A DNA stretch of 64,000 nucleotides. Source: an uncultured Gemmatimonadales bacterium. Its GTDB lineage: Bacteria; Gemmatimonadota; Gemmatimonadetes; Gemmatimonadales; GWC2-71-9. The notes under the pieces are model-generated. The model worked only from the letters and a program-made list of their open reading frames with translations. It was not told where the DNA came from and searched no databases. Location: NCBI GenBank assembly GCA_963771275.1, contig CAVYSW010000003.1, positions 896,001 to 960,000 of the forward strand, read 5' to 3'. The translations under genes were made by a program, and so were the position numbers. This document shows, piece by piece, positions 20,110 to 29,347 of the stretch; positions within the stretch are counted from its first letter, which is position 1, and every line of letters starts with the position of its first letter.

Positions 20110-20427
20110 GTGCCGGTCACTGCCAAGCTGTCCCGCAAGTTCTACGACGCGCTCGGCGACGACGTCGCCAACGAGCTCGTGGAGTGGTTCAACCAATTGG
20201 ACCTGACCTACCGGACCGAGCTCCGAGACCTGAACGAGGTGAACTTCGCGCGCTTCGACGCGAAGCTCGAGCAGCGCGTGGCGCAGCTTGACAGCCGGAT
20301 AGACCGGCTCGAAGCAAACGTCGACGCCAAGCTCGACCGGCTCCGCGTCGAGTTGATCAAGTGGATGTTCCTGTTCTGGCTGGGCACGGTGGGACTCGTC
20401 TTGACGTTGGTGACGCAGCTCCGGTAG
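20110..20427 (+). CDS. Small coiled-coil protein with C-terminal TM (DUF1640/CCDC90-like)
   Basis: GGAG RBS, GTG 20110; LEQRVAQLDSRIDRLE...ELIKWMFLFW. Confidence 0.65.
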   Translation: MPVTAKLSRKFYDALGDDVANELVEWFNQLDLTYRTELRDLNEVNFARFDAKLEQRVAQLDSRIDRLEANVDAKLDRLRVELIKWMFLFWLGTVGLVLTLVTQLR

Positions 20428-20432
20428 GAGCG

Positions 20433-20570
20433 GCAGAATGCTGAAGAAGGTAGAAGGCTGAGGGTAGAAGGATCGGAACCCCGCGGCTCCGCCCTGGGAT
20501 CTGCAATCTGCAATGCCGAGCCCGGTTTGGTATCCTCGTTTCCCGTTCCCCCTTTCCCGTTTCCCTCCCC
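20433..20570. repeat. Degenerate heptamer arrays
   Basis: AAGGTAG/AAGGCTG/AGGGTAG, ATCTGCA x2, TTTCCCG-like x4. Confidence 0.6.
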
Positions 20571-20631
20571 GAGTACCGCTCCCGCCGCCATCGACATATC
20601 CTACCGTCGGCATGACAATCCCGGGGACGCA

Positions 20632-21687
20632 ATGACCGACCAGCGGCAACGCATCCGCCTCACGGCGCTGTCACACGGCGCGGGTTGAGCCTGCAAGCTC
20701 GGTGAAGCCGAGCTGACGCAGGTCCTGCGCCACGTGCCCGCCGTCGAGGACCCGCGGGTCCTCGTGGACGCCGCCACGCGCGACGACGCCGCCGTATTCC
20801 AGGTGGCGCCCGATCGCGCCCTCGTGGTGACGGTGGACTTCTTTTCGCCCATCGTGGACGACCCGCATACGTTCGGCGCGATCGCCGCGACCAACGCCCT
20901 GAGCGACCTGTACGCCATGGGCGCCCGCCCGCTGTTCGGGCTCAACCTCGTCGCGTGGCCTCGTGCCTCTGAGGTGCTCGCGCTGCTCGGCGAGACCCTG
21001 CGGGGTGGCGCCGACGTGGCCCGGCGGGCGGGGCTCCTGATCCTGGGCGGCCATTCGATCGACGACCCGGAGCCCAAGTATGGCCTCGTGGCAGTGGGCG
21101 AGGCCCACCCCGACCGGATCGTCCGGATCTCGGGCGCGCGGCCCGGCGATCAGCTCGTGCTCACCAAGCCGATCGGGACCGGCATCCTGAGCACGGCGCT
21201 CAAGCGGGACCTGATCGCCGAGCGCGATATGGCCGAGGCGGTACGCAGCATGACGACGCTGAATGCCGCGGCGATGGACGCGATGCTGGCGCTCGGAAAG
21301 GACCTCCACGCCTGCACCGACGTCACGGGCTTCGGGCTGCTTGGCCACCTGCACAACATGATGCGGGCGAGCGGCGTCGGCGCGCGCCTCCAGGCGGGCG
21401 CCGTGCCGGTATTCGCCAAGGTGCCGGAGCTCGCCGCCGCGGGCGCGGTTCCAGGCGGCACGACGCGCAACCTCGAGGCCGCGGCGGAATACGCCCGCTG
21501 GGGGGCCCACGTCTCCGGCGTGCTGCGAACGGTGCTGGCCGATGCGCAGACCTCGGGCGGACTGCTCATCGCCGCCGCCCCCGACGCGGCGCCGCGGCTG
21601 CTGGGCGAGCTGGCCGCGCGCCAGACGCTCGCGGTGATCGTCGGTGAGGTCATTGCGCACCCGACGGGCGTCGTGGAGGTGGCATGA
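20632..21687 (+). CDS. selD: Selenide, water dikinase; selenocysteine-containing (TGA 20686-20688 = Sec19)
   Basis: MTDQRQRIRLTALSHGAG-U-ACKLG in frame with DDAAV, TVDFFSPIVDD, NALSDLYAMG, GGHSI, TDVTGFGLLGH, DAQTSGGLL. Confidence 0.93.
20690..20722 (+). promoter_or_regulatory. Bacterial SECIS-like hairpin
   Basis: CCTGC-A-AGCTCGG-[TGAAG]-CCGAGCT-GAC-GCAGG immediately 3' of the TGA. Confidence 0.75.
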
Positions 21688-22268
21688 CCGCGGCGGTCGT
21701 GCACGCGGACGAGAGCTGCCTGGGGAACGGCCGGGAGGGGGCGAACCCTGGCGGGGCCGGCATGCTGATCGAGGTCGCGCCCCAGGGGCAGATCGTCCGG
21801 CGGGATCTCTACCTCGCCTCGCTCGACACCACCAACAACCGCATGGCCCTGTCGGGCGCGATCGCCACCATGGCGCTGCTGTCCGGCAAGGGCGAGCGGC
21901 TCGCGATCGTCTACGTGTCGGACTCGGAGTATCTGGTCAAAGGCATGCGGGAATGGGTGCCGTCGTGGCGGGCCCGCGGCTGGAAGCGGAAGGGGGGCGC
22001 GATCGAGAACCTCGAGCTGTGGCAGACCCTGCTCCAGGTCGCCTCGCGACACGCGGTCGCGTGGCGCTGGGTGCGCGGGCACGCCGGCGACCCTAAGAAT
22101 GAATACGCGGACCATCTGGCAGTCCGCGCGGCGGAGGAACAGTCGACGTCCGCCGGGGCGGTCGAATCCGGATTCATGGCATGGCTGGAAGCGCGCCGCG
22201 CGCGCGGCCGGTTCACGGACTACGACCCCGACGCGGCGTTCCAGGACCTCGTGAGCGAGCTCGCATGA
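21684..22268 (+). CDS. rnhA: Ribonuclease HI
   Basis: DESCLGN, TTNNRMAL, SDSEY, WRARGWK, NLELW, WVRGHAG..NEYADHLA. Confidence 0.88.
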   Translation: MTAAVVHADESCLGNGREGANPGGAGMLIEVAPQGQIVRRDLYLASLDTTNNRMALSGAIATMALLSGKGERLAIVYVSDSEYLVKGMREWVPSWRARGWKRKGGAIENLELWQTLLQVASRHAVAWRWVRGHAGDPKNEYADHLAVRAAEEQSTSAGAVESGFMAWLEARRARGRFTDYDPDAAFQDLVSELA

Positions 22269-22771
22269 ATCCCAACATCTTCTTCAAGGACGGCGTGCCG
22301 GAGAACACCCACCCGCTCAACGTGGGCTTCGATGCGCCGGGCGAGCCCGACCGCATTCCGTTGTACGAGGTGTACATGCGGATGGCGGAAGAGCTGGCGA
22401 AGCGCTCGACGTGCTCGCGGCTGCAGGTGGGGACCGTCGTGACCGACGCCCGGCTCGAGAACGTCCTGGCGATCGGCTACAACGGCAACGCGCGCGGGCT
22501 GCCCAACCGCTGCGATTCGACCGTTCCGGGCCAATGCGGCTGCATTCACTCCGAAGTGAACGCGCTGATCAAGGCACCCGGCGCGGTCAAGGACAAGGTC
22601 GTCTTCGTGTCGAACAGCCCGTGCGTGATGTGCGCCAAGCTGATCATCAACTCCGGCGTCACCCACGTGTACTACCGGCGTGTCTACCGCGACCCGAGCG
22701 GCGTCGAATTGCTCGCTTCCGCAGGCGTGACGCCGGTGGTGTATACGCGGTGGGAGTCCGCGTGGCGCTGA
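22265..22771 (+). CDS. dCMP deaminase (ComEB-like)
   Basis: RSTC..LQVG, GYNG, HSE...PCVMC zinc motifs; ATGA overlap. Confidence 0.85.
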   Translation: MNPNIFFKDGVPENTHPLNVGFDAPGEPDRIPLYEVYMRMAEELAKRSTCSRLQVGTVVTDARLENVLAIGYNGNARGLPNRCDSTVPGQCGCIHSEVNALIKAPGAVKDKVVFVSNSPCVMCAKLIINSGVTHVYYRRVYRDPSGVELLASAGVTPVVYTRWESAWR

Positions 22772-23490
22772 TCGAGCCGGCGGACGTCGAGCGGCTGTTT
22801 CGCGCCGTCGTGACGACGCTGGCCGAGCGCGATCCTGGCCGGCTGGCCGCACCGCTGCAGGTGGCCGAGCTGTACCAGCAGATCGTCCCCTACCGCACGC
22901 ACCGCGCGCGGCTCGGATTCGACACCCACCAGGACTACGAGGGCGCGATCCTCGGCCTGCTCGCCGGGCTGGGTGGATACGCCGACCTCGAGCCGACCGA
23001 GGCGCGGAACGCGCTCGCCGCCGAGATCGAGAGTCCGAATCCGGATCCCGGGGCGGTGCGCGAGTTTGCCGGCGCGCGGGTGCGGCTGAACGCGAACCGC
23101 GTGCGCGCGGTCTTGGACGCCCAGAGGGCGTTCGCGCCGCCGCCGGCCGTCACGCCGCCACCCCCACCCCAAGCTTTGGAACCACCGGCTCCGCCCGAGG
23201 CCATGTCCTCGCCCGCGCCCGCGGAGCCGGCTCCCCCCGTGGTGTCTCCCTTCGCGCTCGATGCGGAAGAGCACGCGGGAACCATGAAACAGGCATCCGG
23301 GCGGCCACCGGCCGCATCCACCGAGATGGCCTGCCCGCGGTGCGCTCGGCCGCTGCCGACCGACCGGCCGGTCGTGTTCTGCCCGTATTGCGGGACGACC
23401 GTCGGGGCGGTCACCTGCACCCGCTGCGGCGACGAGCTGCGGCCGGATTGGCGGTTCTGCCCGCGCTGCGGGCACGCGTCCGGTAAGTGA
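22762..23490 (+). CDS. Double zinc-ribbon domain protein
   Basis: C-terminal CPRC/CPYC/CTRC/CPRC after a Pro-rich linker; GTG 22762. Confidence 0.75.
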   Translation: MALIEPADVERLFRAVVTTLAERDPGRLAAPLQVAELYQQIVPYRTHRARLGFDTHQDYEGAILGLLAGLGGYADLEPTEARNALAAEIESPNPDPGAVREFAGARVRLNANRVRAVLDAQRAFAPPPAVTPPPPPQALEPPAPPEAMSSPAPAEPAPPVVSPFALDAEEHAGTMKQASGRPPAASTEMACPRCARPLPTDRPVVFCPYCGTTVGAVTCTRCGDELRPDWRFCPRCGHASGK

Positions 23491-24539
23491 CGGCGCGTTT
23501 CTGCCGCATCGCCACCATCGCCGGCGACGGCGTGGGGCCTGAAGTGGTCCATGCGGTCCTCCCCGCGATCGAGCGCGCCGCGGCGCTCGAACGGGTGCGC
23601 ATCGCCTGGGAGCACCTGCCGCTCGGCGCCGAGCACTACCTCGCGACCGGCGAGACCCTGCCGCAGGCCACGTTCGAGCACCTGCGTGACGACATGGACG
23701 CGATCCTCCTGGGCGCGCTCGGCGACCCCCGCGTGCCTGGCAACGAGCACGCGCGCGACATCCTGCTGGGACTCCGCTTCCGGCTCGACTTGTACATCAA
23801 CTTCCGGCCGGTGCGGCTGTACCACCCCGACCTCACCCCGCTCCGCTCCGGAAGGAGCATCGATTTCGTGATCTTCCGCGAAAACACCGAGGGAGCTTAT
23901 CTGGCGCGCGGCACCTCGGCGAACGTCGGGACGCCGACCGAGGAACAGGTCTCCCACGAGGTGCACACGGCCCCCAAGGTGGCGCGCATCATCCGCGCGG
24001 CGTTCGAGTGGGCGACGGCGCACGGCAAGACCCGGGTCACCCTGACCGACAAGGCGAACGCCATTCCGGCGCACCAGCTCGGGCAGCGGCTGTTCCGGGA
24101 GATCGGCGAGGAGTACCCCGGCGTCGAGCGCGAGCACCGCTACGTGGACACGATCGCGATGGAGTTCGTGCGCCAGCCCGAGCGGTTCCAGGTGGTGGTC
24201 GCCAACAACCTCTACGGCGACATTCTGTCCGACCTCGGCGCCGGGCTCGTGGGCGGGCTGGGGCTCGCCGCGAGCGCCAACCTCCATCCCGGCCGCGCGG
24301 GCCTGTTCGAGCCGGTGCACGGGTCCGCGCCCAACCTCGCCGGCCGAGGCATCGCCAACCCCATGGCGGCGGCGCTCAGCGGCGCGCTGATGCTCGAGAG
24401 CCTCGGCCTCACGCAGGCCGCCACCGCGCTCGAGCGAGCGGTGGTCGCGGCGCTCGACGCCGGGGTCCGCACCCCGGACCTCGGCGGCACGGCGACGACC
24501 GTGGCGGCGGCAGCGAAGATCACCGACCTGATCGCCTAG
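23487..24539 (+). CDS. Isocitrate/isopropylmalate dehydrogenase family protein
   Basis: GDGVGPEV, RENTEG, DKAN, NLYGDILSD, FEPVHGSAP, RTPDLGG. Confidence 0.9.
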   Translation: MTARFCRIATIAGDGVGPEVVHAVLPAIERAAALERVRIAWEHLPLGAEHYLATGETLPQATFEHLRDDMDAILLGALGDPRVPGNEHARDILLGLRFRLDLYINFRPVRLYHPDLTPLRSGRSIDFVIFRENTEGAYLARGTSANVGTPTEEQVSHEVHTAPKVARIIRAAFEWATAHGKTRVTLTDKANAIPAHQLGQRLFREIGEEYPGVEREHRYVDTIAMEFVRQPERFQVVVANNLYGDILSDLGAGLVGGLGLAASANLHPGRAGLFEPVHGSAPNLAGRGIANPMAAALSGALMLESLGLTQAATALERAVVAALDAGVRTPDLGGTATTVAAAAKITDLIA

Positions 24540-24674
24540 CCCTCCCCCTCCCCCACCGCGATATTCCACATCTCCCTGCGTCGAGGCTCGCATCAAGACT
24601 CGGGGCAGGCAAGTGAACCAGGCGGCGGTCAGGACGCAGCGGTGGTCGTCGAGGCTTTCTAGCAGGGGGAGACC

Positions 24675-25514
24675 ATGGAAATCCTGTTCGCGATCGCGGG
24701 CGGGCTCGCGGTCTACATCTTCGCGGGGCTGCGCATTCTCAAGCAGTACGAGCGGGGCGTGAGCTTCCTGCTGGGGAAGTACTGGGGCACGAAGGGCCCT
24801 GGATTGGTGTTCATCCCGGCCGGCTTCGCGCACATGCGGCGGGTTTCGCTCCGCATCGTCGCGATGGACGTGCCGCCCCAGGACGTGATCACGCGCGACA
24901 ACGTCTCGATCAAGGTCAACGCGGTCCTGTACATGCGGGTCAAGAGCCCGGAGACGGCCGTGATCGAGATCGAGGACTACCTCTACGCCACGAGCCAGCT
25001 CGCGCAGACGACCCTGCGCAGCGTGCTCGGCGAGGCGGAGCTGGACGAGCTGCTGGCCGACCGCGAGAAGATCAACGCGATCCTCCAGAAGATCGTCGAG
25101 GAGCGGACCGACTCGTGGGGCGTCGAGGTGTCGGCGGTGGAGGTGAAGGACGTGGACCTGCCGGTCGAGATGAAACGGGCCATGGCGCGCCAGGCCGAGG
25201 CCGAGCGCGAGCGGCGGGCCAAGATCATCGCGGCGGAGGGGGAGTTCCAGGCGGCGGACAAGCTGTCGCAGGCGGCGGCCGTGATCTCCCGGCACCCGGA
25301 GGCGCTCCAGCTCCGCTACCTGCAGACGCTGGTCGAGGTCGCCGCCGAGAACAACTCCACCACGGTCTTCCCGGTGCCGATCGACCTGCTCACGCCGTTC
25401 ATGGAGATGGCCAAGCGGGGCGCGGCCGCGCGGGAAGCCGCGGGGGAGAGGTCGCTCCCCGCGTCCACCGGGACCCCGGTGCCCGCCGCCGAGCCCGAGC
25501 GCACGCGCAGCTGA
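24675..25514 (+). CDS. SPFH/stomatin-like (slipin) protein
   Basis: [41 protein letters not shown]. Confidence 0.93.
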   Translation: MEILFAIAGGLAVYIFAGLRILKQYERGVSFLLGKYWGTKGPGLVFIPAGFAHMRRVSLRIVAMDVPPQDVITRDNVSIKVNAVLYMRVKSPETAVIEIEDYLYATSQLAQTTLRSVLGEAELDELLADREKINAILQKIVEERTDSWGVEVSAVEVKDVDLPVEMKRAMARQAEAERERRAKIIAAEGEFQAADKLSQAAAVISRHPEALQLRYLQTLVEVAAENNSTTVFPVPIDLLTPFMEMAKRGAAAREAAGERSLPASTGTPVPAAEPERTRS

Positions 25515-25518
25515 GCCG

Positions 25519-26343
25519 ATGGCCGACACCGTTCCTCCCGGCAAGCGACTGGAGCGTGCGGCGCTCGAGCGCATCGTGCTCCGCGCCGCGGAGCTGCAGG
25601 CCGGCGAGCGCGACCTCGACGAGGGCCTGACCGAAGCGGAGATCATCCGGCTGGGTGGCGACGTCGGGATCCCGGCCGAGTACCTCCGCCAGGCGATCGT
25701 CGAGGAGCAGACCCGCGCCGTCGTGCCAGCGGAGCGCGATCTCCCGGCGTTCCTCGCGGGTCCGCGCTACGTGGCGGCGGAGCGCACCGTGCCGGGTCAG
25801 GTGTCGGCGGTGGACGAGGCGCTGCAGTACTGGATGACGACCGGCGAGCTGCTCCGGGTGAAGCGCCGATTCTCGGACAAGGCGACCAGCTGGGAGCCGC
25901 AGCGCGGCACGGTGGCGTCGCTCAAGCGGTCGCTGGGTCTCGGCGGGCGGGAGTACCTGCTGGCCCGGACGGCCGAGGTGGCGGGACAGCTGACTACGGT
26001 CACGGCGGAGCGGACCCACGTGCGCCTCGTCGCCGACCTCGGCAACACGCGGCGCCGGTACCTGGGCGGGGCGGGCGTCCTGGCCGGCGCGGGCGGGGGG
26101 GCGACGGGCATCGGCCTGCTGCTCGGCTTCGCGATTCCGGTGGCCGTCCTGCCCGTTCCCGTCGCGCTGATCGTCGCGCTGCTGGTGGCGCGGTCGCGCC
26201 GGGTCGAGCGTTACCGGGTGGCTCTGGAGCAGGTGCTCGACCGCCTGGAGCACGAGAAGATCAAAGTGCCCCCGGGCGGGAGTGACCGGGGACCACCACT
26301 GTCCTGGATCGCCAAGGAGATCAGAAAGCAGCTGGGCACCTGA
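25519..26343 (+). CDS. Hypothetical membrane protein (two C-terminal TM helices)
   Basis: Long ORF 4 nt after stomatin stop; RAAELQ...GLTEAEIIRLGGDVGIP N-terminus. Confidence 0.7.
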   Translation: MADTVPPGKRLERAALERIVLRAAELQAGERDLDEGLTEAEIIRLGGDVGIPAEYLRQAIVEEQTRAVVPAERDLPAFLAGPRYVAAERTVPGQVSAVDEALQYWMTTGELLRVKRRFSDKATSWEPQRGTVASLKRSLGLGGREYLLARTAEVAGQLTTVTAERTHVRLVADLGNTRRRYLGGAGVLAGAGGGATGIGLLLGFAIPVAVLPVPVALIVALLVARSRRVERYRVALEQVLDRLEHEKIKVPPGGSDRGPPLSWIAKEIRKQLGT

Positions 26344-26372
26344 GATCACGCCCTACCATAGACGACACGGCC

Positions 26373-27260
26373 ATGACGGAAATCAAGACGGTCGGAGTGC
26401 TGGGCTGCGGCCTGATGGGAAGCGGCATCGCGCAGGTCGCCGCGGCAGCGGGCTACCAGACCATCGTGCGCGACATGTCGGACGAGCTCAACGCCAAGGG
26501 AAAGGGCCGGATCACCAAGTCGCTCGACAAACTGGTGGAGCGGGGCCGATTGCCGGCGGCCGATCGGGACGCAGCGCTCCGCCGGCTGCGGTTCACGACC
26601 AGGGTGTCAGACCTCGAGGCATGCGATATCGTGATCGAGGCCGTGACCGAGGAGCTCGATCTCAAGAACACCCTGTGGATCGAGCTGGACGGCACGTGCG
26701 GGCCGGACACGATCTTCGCCTCCAACACGTCCAGCCTCACCATCGCGGCCATGGCGGCGGCCACGCAGCGGCCCGACCGGTTCGTCGGCCTCCATTTCTT
26801 CAATCCCGTTCCGCTCATGAAGCTGGTCGAAGTCGTGCGGACGGTGACGACGTCTCCCGCCACGTTCGAGCGGGCAACGGCGTTCGCGCAGTCGCTCGGC
26901 AAGGAACCGATCGCGGCCAAGGACAACTCCGGCTTCATCGTCAACCTGCTGCTCATCCCGTATCTGCTGGACGCGGTCCGGGCCCTGGAGCGGGGGGTGG
27001 GAACCGTCGCCGACATCGACAAAGGCATGGTGCTCGGCACCGGCTACCCGATGGGGCCGTTCACGCTGCTCGATTTCGTGGGGCTGGATACCACCCACAA
27101 GATCGCCGAGATCATGTTCGACGAGTACCGCGAGACCCGCTACGCCCCGCCGCCGCTGCTCAAGCGGATGGTGCTCGCGGGCATGTACGGCAAGAAGTCC
27201 GGTCGGGGGTTCTACGACTACTCGCAGACGCCCCCGGTAGCGGCCGATCTGGGACTGTGA
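26373..27260 (+). CDS. 3-hydroxybutyryl-CoA dehydrogenase
   Basis: GCGLMGSGIA, EAVTE, ASNTSS, GLHFFNP, PMGPF..LDFVGLD, GKKSGRGFY. Confidence 0.93.
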   Translation: MTEIKTVGVLGCGLMGSGIAQVAAAAGYQTIVRDMSDELNAKGKGRITKSLDKLVERGRLPAADRDAALRRLRFTTRVSDLEACDIVIEAVTEELDLKNTLWIELDGTCGPDTIFASNTSSLTIAAMAAATQRPDRFVGLHFFNPVPLMKLVEVVRTVTTSPATFERATAFAQSLGKEPIAAKDNSGFIVNLLLIPYLLDAVRALERGVGTVADIDKGMVLGTGYPMGPFTLLDFVGLDTTHKIAEIMFDEYRETRYAPPPLLKRMVLAGMYGKKSGRGFYDYSQTPPVAADLGL

Positions 27261-27390
27261 GCGCAGGGCGGTCTCGGGTCTCGTCGCCCAGGGGCCCCTG
27301 TTGACTCCGGGCCGTCCGCGGCACAGGCTTCCGGGGGGGATCCAAGCCCCCGGCACGTTACTTCACCAGCACTGACGGAGGGTGAATCCG

Positions 27391-27864
27391 ATGCGTCGTT
27401 CCACCGTTGCCGGTTTGGCCGTCGTCGCAGTCCTTGGCGCCGCGTGCGGGGCCGGCACCATCCGCCCAAGCTACGCGCCGTTCGAGGGCGCGCGCGTCGA
27501 TACCGTGAGCGCGGGCCCCGCCGCCGTGATCCAGGAGATCGTGGCCCGGGTGAATGCCGAGCGTATGAGCCCGCAGTTCTCCAGCCCCGCCGAAGGCTAC
27601 ATGGAAACGCAGTGGTACGACGTCATCGACCAGAAATCCGGGGCGTTCGATCGGGCCGATCCCAGTCGCTACATCCTGCTCCGCTTCTGGGCGGACTCGA
27701 TCGGTGAGGGCAAGTCCCGCGTGACGTCGGAGGCCGTGTACAAGGCGAGGCCGGATCCCTCCGTGGCGCCGCGCGACCAGGAGATGCTGGTACCGCCGGG
27801 TCACGCGGGTGATCGACTGCTGCGTGCGGTCATGGCCAGCGTGAAGGAGCGTTTCGGCGGATGA
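27391..27864 (+). CDS. Hypothetical lipoprotein
   Basis: Lipobox LGAAC; GYMETQW segment. Confidence 0.7.
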   Translation: MRRSTVAGLAVVAVLGAACGAGTIRPSYAPFEGARVDTVSAGPAAVIQEIVARVNAERMSPQFSSPAEGYMETQWYDVIDQKSGAFDRADPSRYILLRFWADSIGEGKSRVTSEAVYKARPDPSVAPRDQEMLVPPGHAGDRLLRAVMASVKERFGG

Positions 27865-28325
27865 AGCGACTGGCGTTCGCGGTCCTTGCCGCCTGCGCGG
27901 TCGGCGGGTGCGTGAAGTCGCGGACCCCGAGGCCCATCGCGCCGGTCATCGATGAGGTGCTGCCGGGAACGCCCGACGTGGCGTTCGCCGCGGCGCTCAA
28001 GGCCGTCGGCGATGAGGGACTCCCGCTGCGCCTCCACGACGCGGCAACGGGCAGCATCGAGACCGAATACGTAGACATCGCGACCTACGCGCCGGGGGAG
28101 TCGATCCAGTACCCGACCCCGGAGCGACTGGTGCGCTTCCGCGTCGTGGTGGTGCAGAACCCGCAGGGGCCGGGCACGCGGCTCTCGATCTTCGCGCTGT
28201 ACCAGCCGTTCCGGACGGAACTCAGCACGGAGCGGAACGCGCGGTCCATCCCCAGGGACCACCCGGGGGTGACCGTGGCGCGGCGACTTCTGGAGCGCAC
28301 GCAGAAGGCTGTCGGAGGAGGATGA
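27861..28325 (+). CDS. Hypothetical lipoprotein, probable paralogue of upstream gene
   Basis: Lipobox VGGC; GSIETEY segment; ATGA overlaps at both ends. Confidence 0.7.
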   Translation: MKRLAFAVLAACAVGGCVKSRTPRPIAPVIDEVLPGTPDVAFAAALKAVGDEGLPLRLHDAATGSIETEYVDIATYAPGESIQYPTPERLVRFRVVVVQNPQGPGTRLSIFALYQPFRTELSTERNARSIPRDHPGVTVARRLLERTQKAVGGG

Positions 28326-29347
28326 GCCCGGGCGGAGATCCGGCGGACCGCGAGTTCTGCCGAGCCATCCTCCCCAAGGTGTCGCGCACGTTCGCGCTTG
28401 GCATCCGGCTCCTGCCGCGCGGGCTCGAAGGAGCGGTGCGGGTTTCCTACCTGCTGTGCCGCATCGCCGACACGATCGAAGACGCGCCCGAGCTCGCCCA
28501 GGACGTCAAGCGGGCGCTGCTCGGACGGTTCCGGTCCTGCCTCGAGGACGGGGTCGCCGCGGGGGCGCCGCTCGGCGACCTGTTTCCCCAGCCGCACTCG
28601 GGCGAGGAGCAGCTGGTGCGCGAGGCCGATCGCGTGCTCCGCTGTTATCGCGGTCTCTCGACGGCGGAGCGGGCCGCGATCCGTCCGTGGGTCCAGGAGA
28701 TGGCCCGGGGGATGGCCGAGTTCGCCGGGCGCCGGGCGTCGCCCGCCGGGCGGATCGCGGCCCTGACGAGCGTCGCCGAGCTGGACCGCTACTGCTACTA
28801 CGTCGCGGGAACGGTGGGGCACCTCCTCACCGGGCTGTTTCGCATCCACTCCGCCCGGATGCCACCCGTCCGATACGCCCGGCTTGAGGCCCTCGCCGAG
28901 AGCTTCGGACTCGGACTCCAGCTCACCAACATCATCAAGGATGTGGGCGATGACCGGCGCCGTGGCTGGAGCTTCGTGCCGCAGGATCTCTGCGCCTTGG
29001 CCGGCATCCGACCGGACGAGCTCCAGGACCCCGACCGCTCGCCCGAGGCCCACCGCGTCATGGTCATGCTGATCGACAAGGCGAAGCGCCACCTGCGGGA
29101 TGCCTTGACCTATTGCACGACGCTGCCGTCCGCGGCGTACCGCATCCGGATCTTCTGCCTCAGCTCGCTCTACTTCGCGGTGCGCACGCTGCGCCTCGCC
29201 GAGCGCGACCCGCGCTTGCTCGACCCGAACCACAAGGTGAAGATCGCGCGGAGCGAGGTGTACAGCACGCTGGCCACCACCTATCTCGTGGCCCCGTTCG
29301 ACCGGTTGGCGCACCGCTATTACGTGCGCCTCGCCGGGGAGGGCTGA
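28322..29347 (+). CDS. Squalene/phytoene synthase family protein (squalene-synthase-like)
   Basis: [39 protein letters not shown]. Confidence 0.88.
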   Translation: MSPGGDPADREFCRAILPKVSRTFALGIRLLPRGLEGAVRVSYLLCRIADTIEDAPELAQDVKRALLGRFRSCLEDGVAAGAPLGDLFPQPHSGEEQLVREADRVLRCYRGLSTAERAAIRPWVQEMARGMAEFAGRRASPAGRIAALTSVAELDRYCYYVAGTVGHLLTGLFRIHSARMPPVRYARLEALAESFGLGLQLTNIIKDVGDDRRRGWSFVPQDLCALAGIRPDELQDPDRSPEAHRVMVMLIDKAKRHLRDALTYCTTLPSAAYRIRIFCLSSLYFAVRTLRLAERDPRLLDPNHKVKIARSEVYSTLATTYLVAPFDRLAHRYYVRLAGEG

